Shown: in pieces, positions 8,575 to 16,862 of the stretch | Position numbering within the stretch: position 1 is the stretch's first letter | Layout: every line of letters starts with the position of its first letter | DNA from: a virus | Lineage: Duplodnaviria > Heunggongvirae > Uroviricota > Caudoviricetes | Length of the DNA: 18,346 bases | IMG/VR virus record: IMGVR_UViG_2531839178_000019 | Location: 1-18,346 of that record | Strand: one strand, 5' to 3' | Notes under the pieces: generated by a model | What the model was told of the DNA's origin: nothing | Databases searched by the model: none | What the model saw: the letters and a program-made list of their open reading frames with translations, nothing else | Program-made: the position numbers and the translations under genes

Positions 8575-11500
8575 TACCGGTATGCTCCACTTAACCGGCC
8601 ACCATCACGGGCCTGCTGTTGCATAAAGTCCGCGGCCGCTTTTTTCCCGAGGTCATAAACCACCTTCAGGGCAGCCGGACCTATCTGCCCGTTCGTGCCG
8701 TCGTTATTGATCTCAATGTTGTACTGCGGGGCAAACATCACCATGCCTGAACCACCAGTATCCGCCACAACCCCCAGCTTACCATCAGCACCGCGACGCA
8801 GTGGCAGAATGGCTTCAGGTCCCGCTTCCCCCATCACACCCGCGCCTTTTGCAAAAGCAAAAAACGTCGGACGGTTAACCACCGTGCCACTGTAGCGACT
8901 CAAATCAGCAGACTGGTAAACACCGCCATCAGCATTAGTCGTGAAGCCGAATAAAGAACCGACGCCCTTTACCGCCTGCATCATGGCCATCTGTGCCATA
9001 ATTCTGGCCATATCTGACAACAGGGAAGAGGTGAAGGATTTAAAATTCAGCTTACCGGTGGTACAGAATGTCGCCAGTGCATTACCGGCACTGCTGAATG
9101 CCACTGTAAACATCTGTTCTGCCGTTCCCGCCGCATTATCCGCATCCGCCGTAAAATTCTGAAACGCCCGCATGGCACCGTTTTTCCAGTCGCCCTGCGC
9201 CACTTCCAGTTCCTGCCAGTAGCGTTTGTTTTCATTCAGTTGTCGCTTCAGGCTCCCCTTCAGCACCTCCTCAGCCCTCCGGTAGTCCTCCGTCCCGTAA
9301 GTGCCTTTCTGGCGACTGTCATTCTCAAGCTGTTGCAACTGTTGCCGGTATTCCTGCCGGATGCGCAACTGTGCCTGGTAGCGCTGCCGCTGCTTATCCC
9401 CCATACCTGCAGTGGCAATATCCAGATTGTGCTGCTCACGCAGTGCACGTTCTTTGTCTGCCAGCTGGCTGGTCAGCTGAACCGTTTTTTTCTCAGGTCG
9501 TTAAGCGCTGTCTGTTTCTGCAGCTCCTGCTGTTTCACATCCAGCAGCGTCAGCGCCTGAATCAGCTCATTCTTACGGGCCAGCACACTCTTTTCATCTG
9601 CCGTCAGCTTTTTCCCGTCCAGGTCGCTGATGCGCTGCTGCAGGGCCAGAAGCTGTTTATGCGCTTCAGTCATCCTTTCAGTGGCAATGCCTGCTGACTG
9701 TCTGGCAGCAGCAATCTGCCCTTCCACCTGTGCCTGCTGCTGACTGTACTGCAGCAATAACCGGGTGGCCTCATCATTACGGGTTGCCCGTGTATTTTTC
9801 TTAATGGCTTTTTCGTAACGTTCATTTTCACGCTGTATCGCCGCATCCCTGACAGCCTGGTCGGCGTACTGCATGGCATTAATACGCGCAATTTCCCGCT
9901 GATGTCGTGCAGCTTCCGTTTCATTCATCCGGTTCAGCGCGGCATTTTCAGCATTCCGGCGTTTCTGTTGCTCCTGGTAATTCCGTTCTGCCTGCGCTTT
10001 TGCATCCTGCAAATCCTTCCGGCGTTTTTTCTCCTGAAGATCGTTAAGACGCTGCTGATCGTACTCCACCTGTGTGGAGGCGTTTGTCCACGGATATTTT
10101 TTCGCGCGCTGAATTTTTTCCTGTAACGCATCAATCTGCGCATCCAGCGAGTCTTCACGACCAATATTCATGGCCGCATCCCAGAACTGCTTCCACCAGT
10201 CAGACAAGGTTTGCAGCGTACTACCCAGCGCATTGAGATTATTATCAATATCAGATGTGCGTTTACCGGTTTCCTCTGCCAGCGCAGACATGGCGATCCG
10301 GGCCGCATCACTGGACCGCCCCTGCTCCCCAAGGACGCGTATCTGCTCAAGCTGAGTGGCAGTCAAAAAATGCAGCGCATTGTCCAGCGCCTTCGCGGCA
10401 TTTACAGGATCATCCTTCAGCCGCTTAAACTGATTTATGGTATCGCTGACCGACTGGCCAACCGATCGCTCCATCTGTGCGGCAGCTTTCGCCACCATAC
10501 CAATATCGTTTCCATGAAATGCCCCACTGCCCACCACCTGTGCCAGCGCACCGGCTGCCGCATGTTGCGTGATACCATTCCCGGATATGGCCCGGCTGAG
10601 TTTCCACAACTGCCCGACAGTGACACCGGCATAATGTCCCGTCAGCGCCAGCTGACGGTTAAATTCCTCGCCCTCCTTCCGGCCGTCATGCCAGGCTTTA
10701 CCCAGACCCAGGACCGCCGCGACAAGTCCGCCAATAACGCCGCCAGTCATCATGCCTTTCGGCGACATCAGTGCGCCTGTCCATCCGGCACGGTTAGCCA
10801 GCGTTATCCCGGATCCCCTCAGCGCACCAAAATTGCCGCGCGCCATCTGACTGATTAACACCCCCAGCTCCCGCCGGGCTGCCGCACTTTTCAGCCCCAG
10901 CGAATGTGTGGCTTTTCCTGCCCGCTCCATTTTGCGGATATACACTTCTGCAGCACTGCTTACCCCCAGCTGAGCCGCCCTGGCGCGAAGCAACTCAGAA
11001 GACGACAGATTCTGGCGGGTTGCCTGCTCTTTAAGCTGGCGGATAAACGCCGCTTTCTGCCGGGTGGCCTGTTCCTCTGCCTGCGTCAGGGCACGGGTTT
11101 TCGCCGTGATCTCCGAAATCAGCGCCAGATAATCCTGCTGACCAACCCCGCCACTGTTTCTGGCCTGTCGGATCTGCTGCTGAATACGCTGTAATTCCTG
11201 AAGCCCCGCACCGGCCTGTTTCACACTGTCAATCTGGCGATAAAAGGCGGCAGCCGCTTTATCCTGCGCCTCCGCCAGTGCCCTGGCCTGCGCCTGTTCC
11301 TCGCGCATTTTCTGATTCAGGGCATCCACGCGCAGACGGGTTTGTTCCACCTCACGGGCCATGCGTTCATGAGCCCGTGCATTCTTCTCCACCGTCTGCG
11401 CATGGGCTGATGCTGCTGTTGCAGCCGAAGAAGCCGCCTGCATTGTCTGCCGGGCCGCCTGAGTCTGACGCTCCATAAAACGCTGCATACGGGCAGAAGA

Positions 11501-11614
11501 CCGTTCTGCATCGCTGGCTGCACCATTCAGAAGGTTTTTGATACGGGGAATTTCATTTTTAAACTCTGCCGCATCAATCCCCAAATCAATGACCAGGTTG
11601 GCTATCTGGTCCAT
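8574..11614 (-). pseudogene. H: Tail tape measure protein H, reading frame interrupted at an A7 tract (coding strand; plus-strand T7 at 9485-9491)
   Basis: N-terminal ORF from ATG 11612-11614 (MDQIANLVIDLGIDAAEF..., RBS GGAGGTG) stops at 9473-9475. The C-terminal 276-aa ORF (8574-9404) ends ...NNDGTNGQIGPAALKVVYD..., matching the lambda H C-terminus as recalled, and its frame is open upstream back to 9500. The two frames meet exactly at the A7 run. Confidence 0.85.
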
Positions 11615-11915
11615 AACGCACACCTCCGGAAATACCTTCCCCAAGATGCATCAGTTCTTCGTCCGTTCGCTCCGGTATCCCGTTCTCTTCCGGTAAAAGG
11701 CTGAAATCAGCCACCGCAGCATCGCTGCTGCCGGACACCATTCTCACGATCAATGCCTTCAGCGAGGCAAACTGCGCATCCATCCACACATCACTGAAGC
11801 TCTGCATCCGGAAATAATCGCCCCACTCACCAAGCTCAGTGGCCGACATATCCGACAGCATCCGCCGCCAGTCTGCCCGCCGGAACTCCCGGGCAAGCCG
11901 CATGACAAACTGCAT
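11586..11915 (-). CDS. T: Tail assembly protein T, the -1 frame extension expressed as the G-T fusion
   Basis: 109-aa ORF in the -1 frame relative to G; its frame is open upstream to 11948 and overlaps the G 3' end. G-T-H gene order as in lambda. Confidence 0.8.
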   Translation of the reverse strand: MQFVMRLAREFRRADWRRMLSDMSATELGEWGDYFRMQSFSDVWMDAQFASLKALIVRMVSGSSDAAVADFSLLPEENGIPERTDEELMHLGEGISGGVRYGPDSQPGH

Positions 11916-11923
11916 TTCCCGCG

Positions 11924-12310
11924 TCAGGACTTTTCCGGCGTCAGCGCCTCATGATCATCATCCCCGGCATTCTCAATGGTCCCCATACCGCTCAGCGACA
12001 GAACCCTCTCCGCCCCCGCGCCCAGCGCATCATACGACCATGTTGTCATAATGGATGCGCAAAGCGTCTCAACATCCTGAGACTGCTCAGCATTCCACAG
12101 TGAGCGGGAAACCAGCCAGGCATTGATATCCATTCCCATACGCAGAAAAGCAATCTGTCGTTCAGCCTCCGGCAGTTCTCCCTCCTGTGCATCAAACTTT
12201 GCCGTTCGCTGCTGAACAAACGTCAGATATTCAATTCTCTGCAGCCCGGACAGCTCACTGAGCACCACGGACTGTTTTTCATAATTAAACGTATCCTGTT
12301 TCAGAAACAT
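11924..12310 (-). CDS. G: Tail assembly chaperone G
   Basis: Start taken at ATG 12308-12310 (MFLKQDTF...SELSGLQRIEYL), resembling the lambda G N-terminus (MFLK...SELSALQRIEHL) as recalled. GGAG lies 6 nt upstream. Confidence 0.85.
   Translation of the reverse strand: MFLKQDTFNYEKQSVVLSELSGLQRIEYLTFVQQRTAKFDAQEGELPEAERQIAFLRMGMDINAWLVSRSLWNAEQSQDVETLCASIMTTWSYDALGAGAERVLSLSGMGTIENAGDDDHEALTPEKS
11930..11936 (-). other. Putative -1 ribosomal frameshift site for the G-T fusion (coding strand G_GAA_AAG)
   Basis: This is the only slippage-prone sequence inside the 33-nt G/T frame overlap (11916-11948). The lambda site recalled is G_GGA_AAG. Confidence 0.5.
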
Positions 12311-12325
12311 CATGTTCTCCGGATG

Positions 12326-12349
12326 CAAAAAGCCCCGGATAACCGGGGC
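12326..12349 (-). terminator. Rho-independent terminator/attenuator between V and G (minus-strand RNA GCCCCGG-UUAU-CCGGGGC followed by UUUUU)
   Basis: Perfect 7-bp GC-rich inverted repeat (12332-12338 / 12343-12349) with an A-run at 12327-12331 on the plus strand. Confidence 0.65.
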
Positions 12350-12368
12350 AATGATGAGTATCGTCCTG

Positions 12369-13052
12369 TTATGGTGCGCTGACGGTCACCGCAGCCACTG
12401 CCACAAACTCTCCGTCAGAGGTCATGCCCACGATGCTGACACTGCCCTGCTTCACGCCTTTCACCGTGGCCACAAGCCCGCTCAGGGTCACCGAAGCAGT
12501 CTGAGGATCTGACGAATGCACACTGATCGCTTTGACACTGACAGATGCCGGTGCCACCGTCAGTCCGGTAACACCCACGGTTTCAGCGCCCTCCTCTGCC
12601 AGATACGGACGCCCCACACCGCTGATTTTTACAGTACGGGTCATCACCTCTTTTGAGGTAATGGTTTTACCCAGAGAACTCAGCCAGCCACGGAAAACAT
12701 CAACCGTACCGTTGGGGTATTTGATACGAAACGCGCAGACTTCACCGGAATCGAACAACTGAACCAGTTTTTTCTGCCCGCTGTCACCCGGACGCCAGGC
12801 CAGCGTCGCCAAAGTATCACCGACGGATTTCTGCCCCTGGGTTGTCGTTTTCCAGTCTGCATCTTCATCATCGAGATAAGTGTCATCTTCTGCATCAGCG
12901 GTCATTTCGCCAGGTTGCAGATCCTTCACCATCGCAAGACGCAGCCAGTCAGTGTCCGACAAAGGGTTCGCAAACGCATCGCCCTTGCCGGTGTACATCC
13001 AGAACGTCGTTCCCGCACCTTTCGTTTTTGCCAGTGGATTTGGTGTGGTCAT
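12369..13052 (-). CDS. V: Major tail protein V
   Basis: Start taken at ATG 13050-13052 (MTTPNPLAKTKGAGTTFWMYTGKGDAFANPLSDTDW...), homologous to lambda V as recalled. Strong RBS AAGGAGGT 6 nt upstream. The track start at 13127 is an upstream extension overlapping U. Confidence 0.92.
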   Translation of the reverse strand: MTTPNPLAKTKGAGTTFWMYTGKGDAFANPLSDTDWLRLAMVKDLQPGEMTADAEDDTYLDDEDADWKTTTQGQKSVGDTLATLAWRPGDSGQKKLVQLFDSGEVCAFRIKYPNGTVDVFRGWLSSLGKTITSKEVMTRTVKISGVGRPYLAEEGAETVGVTGLTVAPASVSVKAISVHSSDPQTASVTLSGLVATVKGVKQGSVSIVGMTSDGEFVAVAAVTVSAP

Positions 13053-13062
13053 TGCCACCTCC

Positions 13063-13476
13063 TTAATTCGTGTACGTGATCTGGTACGTGATTTCCGCCA
13101 TCGCCCAGGTGGCCATCTCATTATCACGTTGATAGTTAAAACCGAGTGGGTTCATGGTGTCGATGAGTCCGGAAAATGCAGGTACATCATTCAGGGCCGG
13201 GAAAATGGTGCTCTCCATCCACATATCCAGCTCTGAATCCGGTGCCTGTGCCCGGATGAAGACGGCAATATGCAGAACAGCCTGCCAGTCATCTTCATCC
13301 GTCATTTTTCCGGTGTACTGAGCATCACTCAGCCACACCGCCACGGCAGGCAGTTCCTGCGCATCAATAAATGCCGGAAGCCCGTCAAAAAACGTGGCGC
13401 TGTCTCCACACTGTTCCCGAAGGCGTGCCAGTACGACCTGGCGGATCTGTGTATGTCGGTTCATCGGGTCAGCCAT
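13063..13476 (-). CDS. U: Minor tail protein U (tail terminator)
   Basis: 137-aa ORF with ...ATFFDG.PA..D..E.PAVAV.L....YTG......W...LHI.VF..AQ.PDSELD.WMES..., matching lambda U as recalled. Confidence 0.9.
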   Translation of the reverse strand: MADPMNRHTQIRQVVLARLREQCGDSATFFDGLPAFIDAQELPAVAVWLSDAQYTGKMTDEDDWQAVLHIAVFIRAQAPDSELDMWMESTIFPALNDVPAFSGLIDTMNPLGFNYQRDNEMATWAMAEITYQITYTN

Positions 13477-14045
13477 AACCTCAGTTGTTGTTTCAGTGCA
13501 TACCCCAGCTGTTTCGGCATTTCCGCAGCAATGATGCGGTCGCGGGCATCTTCAAATGCCTGTGTCAGCGGTCCGGACAGCGGGATTTTCACCACATCAA
13601 TGGGGTAACGATTTTTGCCGTCAATACGCCGCATCACATGCCAGCGACCATTCGCCAGTTGCTGAATAAACGCATCCCGGAAAAGGTATTTCCCCACTTT
13701 CAGTACGCTGCCACGATGACGTGAGTTGCTGCCATGCCGGGAGCGGGCCAGTCTGACCTGTGCGGTACCCAGCTTAATGGCGGGCAGGTTACCCCGGTTA
13801 ACACGCATGCGGGCATACATTTTTCCTGAGGGGCTGGCTTTAAGCAGCCTGACACGCTCCCTGACCGTTTTCAGGGGAATACCTTTCACCTGGTTATCCC
13901 CGGCAACGGTATTCTGCGCAACCTGCCGTGTGGCGACAGAAATAATCTTTGCCGCCACACGGTTTACCGCCCATGCGCTGGCCTGTGGCACCATGCGGGT
14001 ATCGAGGCTGTTCAGATTATGGATGGCATTCTCAAGCCCCTTCAT
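13461..14045 (-). CDS. Z: Tail completion protein Z
   Basis: 194-aa ORF (MKGLENAIHNL...FIQQLANGRWHVMRRIDGKNRYPIDVVKIP...LGYAL), homologous to lambda Z as recalled. RBS AGAGGTG. Overlaps the U start. Confidence 0.85.
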   Translation of the reverse strand: MKGLENAIHNLNSLDTRMVPQASAWAVNRVAAKIISVATRQVAQNTVAGDNQVKGIPLKTVRERVRLLKASPSGKMYARMRVNRGNLPAIKLGTAQVRLARSRHGSNSRHRGSVLKVGKYLFRDAFIQQLANGRWHVMRRIDGKNRYPIDVVKIPLSGPLTQAFEDARDRIIAAEMPKQLGYALKQQLRLWLTR

Positions 14046-14056
14046 CCCACACCTCT

Positions 14057-14332
14057 TTACTCAATAAAGATCATTGGTTTACCGTTAAAGCGTTCATGCC
14101 GTGTGACCGTCCATTGTTGTCCGTCATAAACAACGCGGTCCCCGCGCCGTGGGCGGTATCCCGAAGAAAACACCACCAGAGAGACCGCCGGTCCGGACAG
14201 AGCGTTCAGCTCTGCCAGAGTTTCTCCCGGGAGCACAGGCATATAAACATCATTAATCGAGGCCATCTTTCCCATCTTTCTGACCGTGATCGCATCCATA
14301 CGCGCTGCCTGCCGGGAAAAGGGATCAGACAT
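14057..14332 (-). CDS. Head-tail joining protein (FII-like)
   Basis: 91-aa ORF directly upstream of Z; the C-terminal segment ...RRGDRVVYDGQQWTVTRH... resembles the lambda FII ...RRGDTLTIGEENFWVDRV... region as recalled. Confidence 0.6.
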   Translation of the reverse strand: MSDPFSRQAARMDAITVRKMGKMASINDVYMPVLPGETLAELNALSGPAVSLVVFSSGYRPRRGDRVVYDGQQWTVTRHERFNGKPMIFIE

Positions 14333-14648
14333 TGAGTTTTACCGGCACTTCTTCTGCACCAGCTCCGGCATCTGCCCAGACAACCCCGACCAGCGGATCA
14401 GAGCCGCTGTTAGTCAGCTGAACTTTTCCGGACTTCAGAAAAACCTTCTTACCCGTTTTCATGTCATCCGTTTTCAGCTTAGGCAGCATAAACACACCTT
14501 CGGTCAGGCCGTCGCCTGTTTCACCCTGTGGAATATCGGTCAGCGCCACCGCAAAAACATCACCCACCTGCACCAGATCTCCGCTGCTGATGGCTGCACT
14601 GGCAACAATCGCCACCGTTTTTCCTTCTTCTACAAAATTCTTTGCCAT
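14325..14648 (-). CDS. DUF2190-like phage structural protein (possible head decoration/cement)
   Basis: Start taken at ATG 14646-14648 (MAKNFVEEGKTVAIV...), GGAGA 5 nt upstream. Size (~107 aa), the Gly/Val-rich pattern and position next to the capsid gene fit this family. The track start at 14693 is an upstream extension. Confidence 0.6.
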   Translation of the reverse strand: MAKNFVEEGKTVAIVASAAISSGDLVQVGDVFAVALTDIPQGETGDGLTEGVFMLPKLKTDDMKTGKKVFLKSGKVQLTNSGSDPLVGVVWADAGAGAEEVPVKLNV

Positions 14649-14691
14649 AACTGTCTCCGCACAGCCCCGTTCAGGGGCTGATTTCAGGTAC

Positions 14692-14710
14692 AAAAAAAGC
14701 CCTTACGGGC
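14692..14710 (-). terminator. Hairpin (GCCC-GUAA-GGGC) followed by U7 downstream of the capsid gene; a second 6-bp hairpin (14664-14680) follows without a U-tract
   Basis: Short GC stem with a GNRA-type loop at 14699-14710 and an A7 run at 14692-14698 on the plus strand; lies between the capsid stop (14735) and the next start (14648). Confidence 0.45.
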
Positions 14711-14734
14711 CATCAGAGTTGTTGTCTGCGACGT

Positions 14735-16535
14735 TTACGCCGTACATTTCACCAGGCCGCGGTGATCAACTGGCGCAACACCGGCGTCAATACGCACTTT
14801 CGTTGTCACGCCATCCACACTGAAGCCCTCCATCTGATCAATATATGGCGTATCCACACCGTTGAGATAAGCCACTTCAATCGTATCGGAGCCTTTGGAC
14901 GCAGCCAGGTAGAAGGTGGTCTGGCTGTTATCATCAAGACGAGGCTCTGCAATAACGGTCGCAAAATCTTTCACCGGGTTAATAATACCGGCGTTAATGT
15001 CAGCCCCCTTGACACTTGAGGAGCGAATGACCTGGTTAGCAACAGACTCCATCGCCGTCGGTACCAGTACGAACGCAGGACGAATATTCAGATGACGCTC
15101 CCCCTCTTTCTGAACACGCATCAACTGGCGGGCTTTATCCAGCGATGCCACGTCCATTGCAGCGCTCTCCAGTACGTTTGCATGTTTCGCTTTATCGAAC
15201 AGACTTACATTATCTGTGGAGATTTTCGGGTTAGACGTCAGAATGGCATAAACCAGATCGGCAATAGTGGATTTCGCCGCACGGCCCAGTTTCATCGGGA
15301 CATCGGTCAGCATATTCAGATCATCGTTGATAATGGCCTGACGGGTGATACTGAACAGTTCACCATAGGTCGCCAGTGCAATCGTGGCCTGTTTATCTCC
15401 GGTAGTAACGTATTTATATTCCGCCCCTTCACGCACCTGACGCAGAGCACTGAAGCCCCCCATACCCACACGATGGGCAATTTTAAAATCAGACAGCTGA
15501 CCTTTCCGCGTCCACTGTTCATAGGTTTCAGGGGCATCTTCCCAGCCCTGCAGAATGGCTTTGTTCGCAACATCCAGCAGAATATTACCGAAGTCAGACG
15601 TACTGTGTGTGAACGCCGCACCGACCATCTGCATCGGGTTATAACCGGAAACCCCAATACCCCGTTCAGTCAGTGACATACGGGCATATTCACGCAGGGT
15701 CATCCCGTTGTAGACATTATCACGTTCAGTTTTTTCAAACCCGGCACGCGCCATCAGCGCCTGGCGGATCCCGTCCCCCACAAAATTACCGTTTCCGGCA
15801 TAAATATGGGCCGGGGTATTTTTATTTGATGGTGAAAATTCCTTACCCATTTCGTTAAGTAATTTCTCACGGGCCTGCTCAAGCGAGCACTCCGGCTCGG
15901 AAAGACAACTGGCCTGCAATGTCTGATAACGCCCGCCAAACATACCAAACAGTTCATTAATACCACTCACACGTGCTTTTTGCTCTGCCAGTACCTGCGC
16001 ACGGATACTGCTTTCATCTGCGGAAGGTGCATTTGTGGTGGTCACGGTTGTGGCAACCTGAGCCGTAGTCTGCTCCTGTGTCTGAGATGCAGTATTTTTG
16101 TTTTCAGGTTCACGCGTTGCACTGTTGCGTGGCGGAGTAATCATGTTTCGAATGGATTCCGGCATCTTTTTAAATTCCTCTGTACGTTTTGACTGAATAC
16201 ATGCCATTGCCTTAACGGCTGGCGTCACCTGATCAGCAAATCCATGTGCCAGACATTCGGCACCGGACATCCAGGTCTCATCCGCCAGCATGGCAGCAAC
16301 TTCATCGGTGGTTTTCCCGGTTTTCTGTGCATAAGCGGGTAACAGAACCGCCTCAACTTTATCGAGCAGGTCGGCATAGGTGCGCATGTCCTCCGCATCA
16401 CCGCCCGTAAAGCCAAATGGTTTATGAATCATCATGAAGGTGTTTTCCGGCATAATGACCGGGTTTCCCACCATCGCAATGACCGACGCCATTGATGCCG
16501 CCACACCGTCAACATAAACGGTAATGGACGCACCA
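14735..16535 (-). CDS. Prohead protease (ClpP/S49-like, C-terminal part) - scaffold linker - major capsid protein fusion; 5' end truncated by IS600
   Basis: Long ORF with the peptidase motif ...VYVDGVAASMASVIAMVG... near its 5' end, a Thr/Gln-rich linker and a capsid-like C-terminal domain. The reading frame runs upstream into the IS600 terminal sequence, so the track start at 16561 is a GTG inside the IS. Confidence 0.6.
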
Positions 16536-16862
16536 TGAGGTAGCCTGAGTTTAACGGACACTCCTTCCTGAAATAGAATGGCATCAGAAGGAGCTAATAA
16601 TGAGCAGAAAAACCCAACGTTACTCTAAAGAGTTCAAAGCCGAAGCTGTCAGAACGGTTCTTGAAAATCAACTTTCGATCAGTGAAGGCGCTTCCCGATT
16701 ATCCCTTCCTGAAGGCACTTTAGGACAATGGGTTGCCGCCGCCAGAAAAGGGCTCGGTACTCCTGGTTCCCGCACGGTGGCTGAACTGGAATCTGAAATT
16801 CTGCAACTGCGTAAGGCGTTAAATGAAGCTCGCCTTGAGCGAGATATATTAAAAAAAGCAAC
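16536..16862 (+). mobile_element. IS600-like (IS3 family) element, left ~327 bp only, interrupted by IS30
   Basis: Begins TGAGGTAGCCTGAG... about 64 bp before the orfA ATG (16600-16602), a layout typical of IS3-family left ends. The orfA product MSRKTQRYSKEFKAEAVRTVLENQLSISEGASRLSLPEGTLGQWV... matches IS600 OrfA as recalled. The left boundary is approximate. Confidence 0.7.
16600..16862 (+). pseudogene. IS600 orfA, 5' fragment (first ~88 codons), truncated by the IS30 insertion
   Basis: The helix-turn-helix OrfA sequence stops making sense after ...LERDILKKAT at the IS30 terminus (16863); the track ORF to 16950 reads through into the IS30 inverted repeat. Confidence 0.8.

Noticed and set aside
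9485-9491. Programmed ribosomal frameshifting as the main explanation for the split H gene
   Set aside because: No precedent that I know of for frameshifting in lambda-like tape measure genes, and similar homopolymer frame breaks occur in unrelated genes in this window. Mutation or sequencing error is more parsimonious; it is kept as a low-probability alternative in the findings.
10211-10858. 215-aa plus-strand ORF antisense to tape measure H, and the similar ORF 7541-8194 opposite L
   Set aside because: Both are fully embedded in conserved lambda-like genes on the other strand and have no translational signals.
15092-15676. 194-aa plus-strand ORF opposite the capsid gene
   Set aside because: Antisense to a long, continuous structural gene; no RBS and no recognisable domain features.
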